Assembly (NCBI GenBank): GCA_951406725.2
Contig: OX597814.1
Coordinates: 53,568,001 to 53,632,000, forward strand
Source of the DNA: Octopus vulgaris
Taxonomy: Eukaryota
Length of the DNA: 64,000 nt
Direction: 5' to 3'
Numbering within the stretch: position 1 is the stretch's first letter; the number at the start of each line of letters is the position of its first letter. The notes beneath the pieces were generated by a model that saw only the letters and a list, made by a program, of their open reading frames with translations, searched no databases and was not told where the DNA came from. Below are positions 24,695-38,045 of the stretch, in pieces. A program made the position numbers and the translations under genes.

Positions 24695-25111
24695 GCCATT
24701 CCTCTTATATGTATGTAATATAATTTCTTGAATCTTCAGATTTTTTCAATTTGCTAGGCCACTGGTTTAAATTGATATTAATGTAATTAATAACAATTTT
24801 TACCCTTATTATTTAAATTTATATATATATATATGGTAAATGAAGACGGAAGATGAAATATAGCTTCGATCCTTCACGGATGGAACACTTAACAATTTGT
24901 TCAGGGGCATCTGGCGGTGCAGATGTGTGTCATCGGGTGGTAATAGCTACAACTTGTTAAAATAACAGTTCCACAATGTATTTTCTCATTTTGTAGAAAG
25001 AAAAACAGCAAAACGAAGGAAATATCTTCATTTATATAGAAGATCAAAAATAAAATCACAGATGCAAGAAAGAAAAGAACACTCAATACAGCGAGAAAAG
25101 TATTAAAAATA

Positions 25112-25347
25112 ACCTATTTCTTTACTACCCACAAGGGGCTAAACACAGAGGGGACAAACAAGGACAGACAAACGGATTAAGTCGATTACATCGACCCCAG
25201 TGCGTAACTGGTACTTAATTTATCGACCCCGGAAGGATGAAAGGCAAAGTCGATCTTGGCGGAATTTGAACTCAGAACGTAACGACAGACGAAATACGGC
25301 TACGCATTTCGCCCGGCGGGCTAACGATTCTGCCAGTTCGCCGCCTA
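25112..25347 (-). mobile_element. Full-length Deu/Nin-domain SINE with Tx1-like tail
   Basis: Closely matches the reverse complement of 15762-15992. Confidence 0.92.
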
Positions 25348-25969
25348 AAAATAAAGTATTAAAAATAACCCTTAACAGATATGGATGTATAAACCCCCTC
25401 GTGCAGGTCGCACGGCGCGTGTACACTCGCTCGTACGAGCATCCAAGAAAATGTAAGAATACGCACACGTATGGTTTGGTGCGTACACGATCAAAAAGCG
25501 AATTAAATATATATATATGGCGGTATGTGCATGTACTTGTTTCACACTGCTTCATTCAACTATACCGTACCAACCTATCTTCTGACTCTAACATTCGCCA
25601 TCAACAGATGTATTGCTGATTACTTTACACATGATGTAGTTCTCACTTTTCATTAATTCTTAATGAAATCAAGCTAGAGAGTGGTAAGCAGAGAAAGAAG
25701 TAAATATTACAAGAGAAATGTAATTAAACTAATGTAACAAGCTAAATAAGTTAGTTGCAGAATAATTGATTTGGACTTTCCGGAAAGCATACACGGTGCA
25801 ACAAAGCTCATGCGGTAATGTATCTGTTGTAATTAAAGCGGTTCATGTATTACACAAAACTTACTTTGTACACATATATCCACCCACTAACACACACATA
25901 AATTCGCACCGACGAATGGGAACGTAAAACTCTGAGTAACAGTTCTCGTGATGTCTTTGCAGCTTTATT

Positions 25970-26086
25970 AATAGAGAGACAGATAGACAGATAGACAGAC
26001 AGACAGGCACAGAGATACTGAGACTGAGATAAACGGACAGGCCGATAGACAGACATACATGTAGCTGGCTAGCTTGCTAAGATAGG

Positions 26087-26137
<51 letters not shown>

Positions 26138-26151
26138 CTAGATAGATAGAT

Positions 26152-26202
<51 letters not shown>

Positions 26203-26218
26203 TATAGATAAGACAGAC

Positions 26219-26275
<57 letters not shown>

Positions 26276-26276
26276 T

Positions 26277-26343
<67 letters not shown>
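25970..26343. repeat. (GATA)n/(GACA)n tract
   Basis: Directly visible. Confidence 0.95.
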
Positions 26344-26344
<1 letters not shown>

Positions 26345-26607
26345 GTTTCTTTATTAGCCACACAGGGCCGAACACAGAGGGGACATAATACAATACAGAG
26401 CTTATCTTTTCGGAACAAAAAGGAGAAAAATAAAATTCCGATCAAAAGGGAACATGTAAGAAAAAAAAACATCAAAAGGGATCGTGTATCACAAAACTCT
26501 TAAGAGTATAAAAAGCAAGATTAGGTTTATCCGTGGAAAGAAAAGCCTACGGAAAAGACCACGGTAAACTCAGGCAGTGAGGGAATAAGCACAAGAGATT
26601 AAAAGTG

Positions 26608-26655
<48 letters not shown>

Positions 26656-28030
26656 CGATTTTCTGGATCATGCTCAAAGTGGTTTCGTCTCTTGCACGCA
26701 CCATCTTTGCTACATTCACCCACCTTTTATTGAAACTTTCACGAGACAAAACTTGCCTCTCTATTCTCACCTTCCTTTTCAAGTGGTACTTGAAAAAGTT
26801 GATGAGCCATTAGCCAGAGAAGTAAGTGTTTGCCTCTAAACCTTTCACTCGAGTTCACCACACACATTCTTTCATCATGGCCACCAGTACGATGAAGACT
26901 GTCTTGCCTTCCCAGTTAAGGGAATTTGGCGGAGTAAATTTCACGATAGACTCGGCCGACAGGCCGACTCGTCCCACACGTGACAGCAGCCATTCGGCAT
27001 AAACCCACAGGTCTGAAATGGTTGGCCATTGCACGAGTGCGTGCAGAACGGTTTCGTCGCTCTGACCGCATCTCAGGCAAGTCGGTCCGGTGTGTCTCGA
27101 ACCGTGTCTGTAGAGCTTATCCAGAACGTGTAATGCTTCTCGATAGTACTGCCAGGCCAGGGATCTTTGGTGATTGCCCATAGGTCCCGGTCCGAAAGTT
27201 GTCCTGAACAGGCGGGTCAGGTGTTCCTAGTGTATGGGTTTTGGGGGGGATGGGGTATGAGCCTTCTTGGTTTCTCTTCTTCCTTTGAAGTTGTACGTGG
27301 TGGTGATGATAGTGTTGTTTCAGTTCTTGGTGGCGCTGGTGGTGGTGTTGTTTGGTTGGGCTGGTTACTGATATTCCTTCGTTTGTTTGTAGAGCTGTTT
27401 AATTAGTTGTATATATGGCGGGGTGTGTAGCAGCGCTGGTTTTTTGCTCGGATTTTGGTTTTCTTGTGGTTGTTGTTGTTGTTGTTGCTTTTCGTGATCT
27501 TGTTGTTGCCTTTATTGTTGCTGTTATTGTTGTTTCTGTGCTAGTTGGCAATTAATTTTTAAGTGTGCATTGCTACCACAAACATAGTAACGTGGCTTTC
27601 TGCTTTCGACGGCCATATGCAAACTCGAATCCTCTGTCAATTGTATGCGATGTGGAATTTTTTCGAAATTCATTGGATCAATTTGAGCAAGGATTTCGAC
27701 TCCTTGGCCAATCCAGTTTTGCTGGTCCAGGACTGTGATTTCCAAGATATGGATTTCGTCCTCGATGTCATAGCAAATGGCAGACACAAGCCATTTTATT
27801 TTTATTTCAGGGGGAGGGGGCACAGTATTGCTATTTTTGTGACCCTACGACCAAGGTATGTAGGGATTATCAGTAAATTTTCAAATTGAAAGGACTTTGT
27901 GGAGAGGTCCTTGATTCTTTCTTCACTGTCGAATCCTACTTCGATCGTGGCAAATCTGTTTTCCTTCGTGGTGTAGTCTTTAAAGGCCCATAGCTTAGTA
28001 ATTCTATTCTTCAGCTTCCATCTCGCATCA
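26344..28030 (-). mobile_element. Tx1/L1-clade LINE remnant: ORF1 (zinc knuckle) joined to ORF2 C-terminal zinc finger and 3' UTR
   Basis: ORF1 YYVCGSNAHLKINC (decayed CCHC); ORF2 end CLRCGQSDETVLHALVQW (zf-RVT-like); AATAAA then (TATC)n. Confidence 0.85.
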
Positions 28031-28378
28031 ATATTTTCATCTCACCTCACCCCATCCGCTTCCATTTTTCTTTCCTTCTCCCCCTCTCACCAAGTTTCTC
28101 TTTCCCATTACTGCCTGTCTACATATGCCTTATCTTCCTTTCTTCATCTATTGTCTTCCTTTCCTCATGTATTGCCGCTTCTCAAACACAGAGGATGTAA
28201 AAACCTGCAGTTTTTCTCTAATTTTCAACTTTACTCTGAAGGACTTTATCCGAAACGTTAAATATTCCACTCCCCGTGGCAATTTTCCTGTGCTCTTTTT
28301 CTCGAATTTTGCGAATAAGAAAGTCATAGTAAATTACACCACTACCTGTATCTTTGGATTCTGTTTTATGTGATATGT
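28030..28378 (+). mobile_element. PLE-type 3' terminus with degenerate hammerhead-like motif
   Basis: CT-rich leader, CTCTGA-A-GGActttaTCC-GAAACGT at ~28235-28259, caccactacctgt block, then TA tract. Confidence 0.55.
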
Positions 28379-28397
28379 ACGCATGTATGTATGCATG

Positions 28398-28459
<62 letters not shown>

Positions 28460-28777
28460 TGTATAGAATTTGAAACCAGCTTACATAAATAAGCAATGAG
28501 ATGTTCATATACGTAAATGACCATGTCATGCCTTTGTTAGTAAAACTGCAGTTATTGACGGGTGCTACTTTTTATGTATATCCACTATGTTTCAGAAACC
28601 AGTGGTTTACAGAAACAATGGGAACACTCTATTATGAAGAGAATACGTGTGTGTATGTGTGTGTGTGTGTGGATGTAGATACAGATATATCTCTGTATAT
28701 ATAGAGAGATAGCGACATGAATAGATAGAAATAGATATATATATATATATATATAGATGATTTTATGTGTGTGTGCG

Positions 28778-28813
<36 letters not shown>

Positions 28814-28816
<3 letters not shown>

Positions 28817-29688
28817 GGTGCGAGGGGTAAATTTTCGCCATCTTATATTCTTAATTTTGCGCATGCGCAATGTTTGTTTTTGATTTTGTAGACTACTCAG
28901 TATAGTAGAGTCAGTTGGGCACCATCTGTGAGAAAACCAGCACCATGCCACAATTCAATGTGGCTGAAATTTGGAAACGACATGTTGTACAGCTTGGCAT
29001 TCGCGCCAGTAGCTCCACTACGAACATTTCAGAGTGTTTAGGTGTCAATCTGAGGACAGTGCAATCTGAGGACATGTACCGACAGTGATGAAAATCAAAC
29101 ATCCAGTCAACATCATGATGTGATATTTGGAGTGATCACTAGTGATGGTGACGTTATGCCTCCATTCATCTTCCTACACGACCTCAGACTCAACGCGAAG
29201 GCCTACATCAAGTGCCTGCAGAAGGTAGTGCTACTCTGGGTCAAGAGGGTGGCTGCTGGAACACCCTATGTCTGGCAACAGGACTCTGCATTATGCCACA
29301 CAAGCAAGAGAACCCAGTTATGGCTGTCGGAAAATTTCTGCAACCACATCATCCCCGATATCTAGCCACCTAAATCTCCAGACTGCAATCCCTTTGATTA
29401 TTATGTGTGGGGCGCAGTTGAGCGAGAGACCAACAAAACTCCTTGTAACACCAAAGATCAACTGAAGGCAAGATTTTATGGCAGCATTCACCAACATAAA
29501 CAAGGAGAGTTGCAGGAGATTCTGAAGTCGTCTGGAAGTCGTGGTTGAAGCCAATGGCGATTTTATTGAATAAATTTACTCTTTACAATTTCAAGATATT
29601 TTAATATAATTTTGGTAAATATATCTGTTAAAAGATGTCAGTGTTATTTCCATTTTTGTGTAATTTAGACAGTTTATTCACTACGCCC

Positions 29689-29690
<2 letters not shown>
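28814..29690 (+). mobile_element. maT-type (DD37D) Tc1/mariner element, internally deleted
   Basis: WQQDSALCH...SPDCNPFD with 37 residues between the two D; N-terminal ISECLGVNLRTVQ; degenerate TIRs. Confidence 0.9.
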
Positions 29691-29720
<30 letters not shown>

Positions 29721-29774
29721 TATGTATGTATGTATGTATGTATGAATGCATGTAGGTATGTATGTGTATGTATG

Positions 29775-29826
<52 letters not shown>

Positions 29827-29832
29827 TACATA

Positions 29833-29894
<62 letters not shown>

Positions 29895-29896
29895 CA

Positions 29897-31125
29897 ACTA
29901 TGCGAACCCTTTATATTGATGACTGTATCGGTGTGATCTCACTCTCCCGAACAACTAGACTCCTTCCTCTCTTTTGTCTAATCCTTCCATCCTTCCCTCG
30001 AATTCCCCTGCACTATTTCCAACGCTTCCGTTGCATTTCTCGACATTTCTGTCAACATACACCACTCTGCTCTCACTACCTCCATCCACTACAAACTCAC
30101 CGACTCACACTCCTGCCTTAACTTTTACTCTTCCCACCCTGCCCACACAAACCCCTCCATCCCATACTCCCAATTCCTCCGTCTGTGCTGGCTCTGCAGT
30201 GACAACCATGACTTTGAGACTCAGTCTCAACTCATGGCTCGCCACTTCATCCTTCGTAGATATCCCCTCACCACCATCTACACACCACTTGCCAAGGCAT
30301 GTTCCACGGATCGTGCCTCTGCTCCCTCTCCCGCACCCGCCCCGCCGTTGCGCTCTCCCATTTACCCCTAACTTACCACCACTCCACACTGCTCCTCCAG
30401 CGTACCATTCTCCGAGGCTTCCGCGCGACTCCAGTCCGTCCTTCCACCTCACACATCTTCCCCAACCTACTCTTTACCTCCTTCAATCGAGCCCACAATC
30501 TGCGTGACCACTTGGTTCACAGTTTCTTCCTTAAACCTCACCTCCCAGCCTGTCTCGTTTCCCTGCTCCCGCCCATGCTGCCGCACTTACCCCTACCTCT
30601 CCAACACCACTAACCTCACAGGTACTCATCATTGTCCCTTTCATATCACCGACTCCTTTACCTGCACTTCTAGCAACGTCATTTACTGCATCTCCTGCTC
30701 TTTCTGCCCTTCTTTGTACATCGGTCAAACGGGGCGCCGCTTGGATGATCGGTTCGCAGAGCACCTCCAAGACATCAGACTTGGCAATGACACTCTGGTC
30801 TCGCGCCATTTCCGCTCTACCGGTCATTCACTACAAGACCTTTCTGTGTTCGAATTGTCTTTACACAGGGGTCGGGCTCGACTCCCATCCTCTCTTCTCT
30901 TCATGTGATACCTAGTTTATCTCTTCACTCCTACACACCTCTCCTCTCCTCCCTTCATCTAACACCTGCTTCCTCTCTTCACTCCTACTCATCCTCTCTT
31001 CACTCCTACTCAACCTCTTTTCCCTGATACCACTTCCACACACAAACCCTACACTACCCCCACATTCCCACCCAATATCCCCCACACCACATCACACCCC
31101 ACACTACCACATCACATCACACCAC

Positions 31126-31128
<3 letters not shown>
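29897..31128 (+). mobile_element. 5'-truncated Penelope-like element (Neptune-like), RT + GIY-YIG pseudogene
   Basis: YIDDCIG RT motif, PCSRPCCRTYP Cys linker, NVIYCISCSFCPSLYIGQTGRRLDDRFAEH; TA tracts on both sides. Confidence 0.93.
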
Positions 31129-31218
<90 letters not shown>

Positions 31219-31221
31219 CAG

Positions 31222-31627
31222 GGAAGGTGGCAAGCTGGCAGAAACGCCGGGCGAAATGTTTAGCCGTATTTCGTCTGCCGCTACGTTCTGAGTTCAAATT
31301 CCGCCGAGGCGGAGTTTGCTTTCATCTTTTCGGGGTCGATAAATTAAGTACCAGTTACGCACTGGGGTCGATGTAATCGACTTAATCCGTTTTCTGTCCT
31401 TGTTTGTCCCCTCTATGTTTAGCCCCTTGTGGGCAATAAAGAAATAAGAAACGTTAGCACTCCGGGCGAAATGCTTCGCGGTATTTCGTCTGCCTTTATG
31501 TTCTCAATTCAAATTCCGCTGAGGTTCACATTGCCTTTCATCCTATCGAGGTCGATAAATCAAGTACCAGTTGTGTACTAACCCACCTCCCCAAAAATTT
31601 AGGGCCTTGTTCCTAGAGTAGAAAAGT
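31222..31627 (+). mobile_element. Dimer of Deu/Nin SINEs (Tx1-tailed copy fused to the head of a second copy)
   Basis: gggcaataaagaaata joined to agaaacgttagcac at ~31447. Confidence 0.88.
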
Positions 31628-31633
31628 ATATAT

Positions 31634-31790
31634 ACGACGGGCTTCTTTCAGTTTCTGTCCACCAAATCCACTTAGTTTCTTTGGTCCGAGGCTATAGTAG
31701 AAGATTCTTGTCCAATGTGCCACGAAGTGGAACTGAACCGGGAGTCATATGGTTGGGAAGCAACATCTTACCACACAACCACGCATACAT
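31634..31790 (-). mobile_element. CORE-type SINE 5' half
   Basis: cgacgggcttctttcagtttc...ggaagcaacatcttaccacac. Confidence 0.8.
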
Positions 31791-32420
31791 ATTTACGTGT
31801 GTATGTATGTGTATATATATGCATGTATGTGTGTGTGTACAAATATATGCACCCACACATAAATCAATGTGTATGTGTGTGTGTGTATGTATCATTACGC
31901 TATTGCACTAAATCGCATTTTCATTCAGTTTTGGTGCTAACGATTTTCGCTAAAGAAATATTTGCATTATAAATATCTATTTCTATAATTTATTTCTATA
32001 ACAGGTTATTTATTTAAGTGGATTCTAAATTCCATTTTTAACGTGCCAATTACATTTTTTTTTTTAGTTTTTTACGAAGTAAATTAAATATATTCGAATT
32101 CTTGATGCTTCAAATGTTTCTCTGTATCCCCGTTATTTATTAACATCACAGTGCAGCTACAAAATACATGATTATACTTTAAAGGCTTCTGACGTTTAGA
32201 AAGAGGAAAAACGTGTAGAATATATAATATTCTTATTTTGATCACACTGGATTTATTTTCAAGTATATCTTCTTTCCGTTTTAACAATATATATATATAT
32301 ATCATACTTAAAGCAGATACACTGTTGAAAGCTTAAAAAGCGCGGTACTCATCTAAACAAGCCATCTCTTATAAACTTATAACGTTAAAAACACGGAAAA
32401 CTAGCAGCAGCAGCAACAGA

Positions 32421-32610
32421 GTGGAGGCGCAATGGCCCAGTGGTTAGGGCAGTGGACTCGCGGTCGTAAGAACGCGGTTTCGATTCCCAGACCGGGCATT
32501 GTGCGTGTTTATTGAGCAAAAACACCTAAGCTTCACGAGGCTCCGGCGGGGAGGGGTGGTGAACCCTGCTGTACTCTTTCACCACAACTTTCTCTCACTC
32601 TTTCTTCCTA
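32421..32610 (+). mobile_element. V-type SINE 5' part with well-preserved tRNA-like head
   Basis: A box tggcccagtgg, B box ggtttcgattcc; continues into SINE body aaacacctaagct. Confidence 0.82.
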
Positions 32611-34006
32611 CTTCTGCCACAAAGCAGAGGAACCATGGTGTAATCCGCTACAGTTTGGTAAACTTTCAGACCCTAGTCTAGATTACGAATCTTCTGTATC
32701 CTAGGATAGTTCAGTTCTCCACCTGTTAAAAGCCACCGTTTACGGAATGAGGATAACAACGTAGCTTTCGCGCCCGTGCAACCGCCACTCTATTGTGTGT
32801 GGTGGGTGGATTTTCAAGTTGCCACACGTATTCTTAGTAGCTTAGAGTGGGCTCGAATTAGAGATTATTCTTTGTGGCTAATGGCGTGAGTCCTGATTGG
32901 AAGAAGAAGAAGAAGAAGAAGACAAAAGACCTACAGCAGCGGATGTAGTGGTGTTAACCACGTTTTTCTTTAAGCGTCCACAAGTACCCACAAGAAACTG
33001 CATGCTAAGAGTTAGCGTCTACTGATTTAGAAAAACGGTAATTGAGAAACTACTGATATTGCAATTAACCAACTAGCTTACCAATATATCTTTGTATTTT
33101 TTTTATGCTGTACGTCCATAAGAGATGTTTTCTCAAGACGAATGCCGCAGTTTTCAGGCTTTCAACAGTACATCTGGTTTGATTATGATGCATAGATAGC
33201 GATTTTGAACTAACATTGTTTCCGTCACTAATAATGAATTTTTACTTGTATATCATTCTAGTATTGTTTTAAACCAGATTTCATATTTTTCCACTTTTAT
33301 TGAATTCTCTACTATTCGCTTTCCGAAAACGAAATATCTTCTTTCCAGTTGAATTTAAACAATTAATCTGTATGTATTGCGCACGTGTGTGTGTGTATGC
33401 ATGCTTTTATATAGATGTATATTTATACACACATACACACACAAGCACATACATATATATATGCAGTTTTGCATGCATCAGTTTATCATCATATGCGCAC
33501 ACACACACACACACAAACTGTATGAGTACTTATGTTTTCAGATGCATAAAGTGATGTATATAACCCGCATACGTAAGTATGTATATCATTTATACAGATA
33601 TGTATGTGTGTATGCCAGTGTGTGTATGGCTGTATGAGTATGCACATTAAGATGATTGATAATCAAATTGCAAGGAACAGAAGTATCAGCACCATCAAGT
33701 AGAGGGAAAATCCAAAATGCAAATTTATTCGCAAATCTTTAGATATAAATCTGTCTAACTAGCGGAAGTTGAATATCAAAGAAAATTATTTCTATGTTAT
33801 TTCATATAAAGAAAGTTAATACATCTGCCGGACGCAACGAATTCGTTTAAAATCTCTTCATAAATTATTTCGCAGTTAAGTTATAAACTGAGGTTACAAT
33901 TAACAGATTTATTAATATTCGAGCTTTAACTTCTAAATCATTGATCAATTTAAGTAAAGATTTTTCTCATTAATCATTAAATGATATGCCACATAACACA
34001 CACACG

Positions 34007-34045
<39 letters not shown>

Positions 34046-34243
34046 GTACATATTCTTTTATGCTTTCATATGTTTCAGTCATTTGATCACGGTCATGCTG
34101 GAGTACCACGTTAAGGGGTTTTAGTCGAAGAAAATGCCCCCAGGACTCATTCTTTGTAAGCCTAGTTCTTATTCTATCGATTTCCGAACCGCTAAGTTAC
34201 ATCGGTTGTCAAGCGATGGGGGAGGGCAAACACAGACACACAG

Positions 34244-34288
<45 letters not shown>

Positions 34289-34291
<3 letters not shown>

Positions 34292-35968
34292 TACCGTCAG
34301 AAATTAATTAGCACCCTTGATTTGCTCTTCACTCAAGGTATTTGCTGTCACCTAGTGGCCATTTCTCGAACTATTGCTTTGTTGCGAGTTCACTGTTGCG
34401 CAGAACGATGACGTAACTTTGTTTGCAGAGCGGTTTGAGAGTCTACAGCCTAATCATGTTGACATAGCAGTGCAACAACAACTAGGAGTGCGGATGCAGA
34501 CAAATCTTCCTTTGTTTAATAGATATAGGTAGCGCCTCGCAAGGACCGAAATCACACCGTACTAACTTTTCTCATCGCGTAAGATGTTTTGAACAGCTCG
34601 TAGGTTAATTGATTTGTGTATTTGCAAGATTTTTTTTTCCTCACAAATTTTCCTACACCCTGCTTGGTGACGTCACTTCCGGTTCACAAAACTTTGTTAT
34701 ACATCAAATAAGGTGAGAAATTCTGCTTTCTTTCTTTTTTGTTTCATGAATAATAACTCATAGCAGTTTTGTTATAGCATAACATTATTCAAATGAATAG
34801 TTTTAATGAAAATAACTGGTTTTTATCGTTCATTCCTAGATGGGCCCAAGACCTCGCATGACCTTGGAGAGACGGTACGAGGCTCTCTCGTGGTGTGGGA
34901 AGCTGTCGGCGGCTGCAATAGCCAGAAAACTTGGTGTAGCCAGGCGCACAATTCAGTGCTTATTTAAGAAATACGAGGAAACCGGATCAGCAGCTGACAA
35001 AAAGGGTAGGGGACGGAAGAGGCTGACGACCCAGCGGGAGGACCGAAGGGCAACGAGCCGGCAACTGGCGGAGGAGATGCAAAAGATGACAGGGAAGCAG
35101 TTGTCTACAACCACCGTCAAGACCAGATTACTGGAAGCTGGTCTAAAATCCTGTAGGGCCGCCCGTAAGCCGCTCCTTACAGCCCAAAACCGGAAGAGGC
35201 GGCTGCTCTGGGCCCGTGCCCACAAGATATGGACCGTGCAGCAGTGGCGGACAGTGATGTTCACTGACGAGTCGCGATTCAGTCTCGTCAGTGACAAGCC
35301 TGTCCATGTGTGACGCCGCAGGGGTGAGCGCTTCAACAAAGACTGCATTGCTCCCACCATGAAGCATGATGGGGGTGGTCTGATAGTGTGAGGGGCATTC
35401 AGCTACAGTGGTGTTGGGCGGCTCTATGCCGTCGAAGGCAACATCAACGCAGCAAAGTACGTTGAGATAGTACGGGATACCTCTTTGGTGGCGAGGAGTA
35501 CGTGCTCCAGCAGGACAACGCGCCTTCCCACACAGCCAAGCTCACAACCGGTTTCTTCAAGGACCATGGGGTGACGGTCATGGACTGGCCTGGCCAGTCA
35601 CCTGACCTGAACCCTATTGAGAACCTCTGGAGTTGATTGGGTAGGGATTTGAATGTGCAGCAATACAGGAACCGACACGAGCTGTTTGGGGCACTTCTTG
35701 CTGCATGGAGGGCCATTCCTGCACAGTACCTGCAGGCACTCATAGACAGCATGCCGACCCGCGTAGCAGCTGTCATTGCTGCCAAAGGAGGAGCAACAAG
35801 ATATTGACTAAATTTCACTATTAATAACAATTATATGGTGTGCTGGGATATGTTTTAATAAATTTTTGATTAAAAACGAGTTTGTTTCTGATAATAAGTT
35901 AATTAAATTAAGAAAATATAAGAAAATGTAGAAATTTGAGAAGTGCTAATTAATTTCCGACGCAAGTG
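34289..35968 (+). mobile_element. TIR-bounded Tc1 DNA transposon (DD34E)
   Basis: 26-bp TIRs cactaccgtcagaaattaattagcac / gtgctaattaatttccgacgcaagtg (3 mismatches); TA on both sides. Confidence 0.96.
34840..35807 (+). pseudogene. Tc1 transposase pseudogene
   Basis: HTH, GRGRK, FTDESRF, QQDNAPSH..(34)..SPDLNPIENLW, KGGATRY*; in-frame TGA stops and a frameshift near 35470. Confidence 0.95.
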
Positions 35969-36025
<57 letters not shown>

Positions 36026-36042
36026 GTGACACACAGACACAC

Positions 36043-36126
<84 letters not shown>

Positions 36127-36295
36127 GACGGGCTTCTTTCAGTTACCGTCTACCAAATCCACTCAAAATGCTTTGGTCAGCCCGAGGCTATAGGAGAAGA
36201 CACTTGCCCAAGGTGTCACGCAGTGGGATTGAACCCGGAAACGTGGTTGGGAAGCAAGTTTGTTACCACGCAGCTACGCCTGTGTCTATATATAC

Positions 36296-36327
<32 letters not shown>

Positions 36328-36344
36328 ATATATACATATATATG

Positions 36345-36460
<116 letters not shown>

Positions 36461-36461
36461 T

Positions 36462-36552
<91 letters not shown>

Positions 36553-36559
36553 CGTGTTA

Positions 36560-37700
36560 TTATTTATAGCTTTGTATGTACTTCGAGAACCAATTTCAAA
36601 CAAGCAAGAATCATTCCACATTCTCTCGAAAGTTTATAAATTCTTTCGGTAAGTAACTTTAAAGTAAATTCTCCTTCATGCGAGTGAAATATCCCGCGGT
36701 GATGGCTTTTGTGCATTATGAGCTATGTTTAATTCACTTCAAGATACATGGAAAATCTACATTATGGCCTTTTCATTGCTATTGATACTCGTACTTATTG
36801 TTAGCATTTCAGATGTGATTCTTAATCTCACTAACCTTTTATACAACTAATACCACAAGCCAAAATGAAATTTAAAATACATAAGTAGTCAAGAAAGCCT
36901 GAGAATATCATTAATAATTCAACAGAAAAGATATCACTTAGATAGTCTAACCTTTCTATTAACGAATATCTCTTTTAAGGCTTTTTGAAACATTATAATG
37001 ACGTCTTACATGGAAATATCTTAAGGAGGAAAAATCTTACAGTGAACCAAGTACAATGGCTAACCATAAAAATTGGAAGAGAAACATTATCTAGGTCAAT
37101 CCGCCGTTCAACTTAGCAGCATCCATCGCTACAGCAAAACTTTTCTTAATCCTAAGAAAAGCCTCCCTCCTCAAAATAAATATGAAAGAAATTTTTGTAA
37201 AATTGCCGTTAAAACTTCATAAGAAATTCTCCAGCGTGCCCAAACTTAACCAAACTAGTACGCACCCTTCTTCAAATAATGGTAAGTTCACCGATCCATG
37301 TAATTTCTCCCTCAGTTTCAAGGCTTTAGCCAACAACATACTATATAAGCGTAACAGACAAACTGCAAATTCTACCAAATTATACATTAGTCTCACTGCT
37401 AATACTTTTAATTTTTGCTTTAACCAACATACTAACACACTTAGAAAATCCCCTGGAAGTAATATTATCAATCTCCTCCAGTTGTATTAAAGAACTGAAG
37501 GCAATGAACATATAACAAAATTTAGAAATTATTTCTAAGGCTGTCTCATACATAGGAAACATAAGACCATGCAACCTCTGCAAAACAAAAGCTTATGAAA
37601 AACGTTTTGTTGACGATAAGTTCTTTAAAGTATACCAGTATTTTCAATCTACCTCTTTCATAACTATTTTACATGATACAGATGAATTTAGATATTACTA
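36560..37700 (+). mobile_element. Decayed Penelope/Poseidon-type PLE (RT thumb to GIY-YIG)
   Basis: RRNII*VNPPFNL (IIWFNPPF motif) and YIGNIRPCNLCKTK C-terminal motif. Confidence 0.7.
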
Positions 37701-38045
37701 GCAGTAATGCTTATCGCCACTTCAACATGACTGTTCAGTACGAACCGACGTTACTACCGTTTTTAATCCCAATATGTCACCTTACCGTATAGTTACTACT
37801 ATCATCTCTTACAGATATTTTCAAACTAGCTACTTTGCTTGTTGATATTACTAACTTTTCATCTAAAATGAAATTTTTCCGGTTTAACGATTACTTCTAC
37901 ATGTATAAAAATTCTTGATATTAACCTCATCATTACAACTTCTTATAATATCACATTAGACTATACATACATATTATTATAAGTATATCTATTGACTTTG
38001 CTTCACTTTTCTTCTTTGGAGTAGATTTATGCTACTCAATTTCTA

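Larger units (their letters stand above)
34055..36288 (-). mobile_element. CORE-type SINE split by the Tc1 insertion (halves 34055-34250 and 36125-36288)
   Basis: The two halves join to match the uninterrupted copy at 40988-41388. Confidence 0.8.

Noticed and set aside
32421-32495. tRNA gene (also ~43250-43320)
   Set aside because: A and B boxes are present, but the sequence continues into a SINE body shared with other copies and has no T-run terminator.
35444-35830. 128-aa and 135-aa minus-strand ORFs in the Tc1
   Set aside because: They are antisense shadows of the GC-rich transposase.
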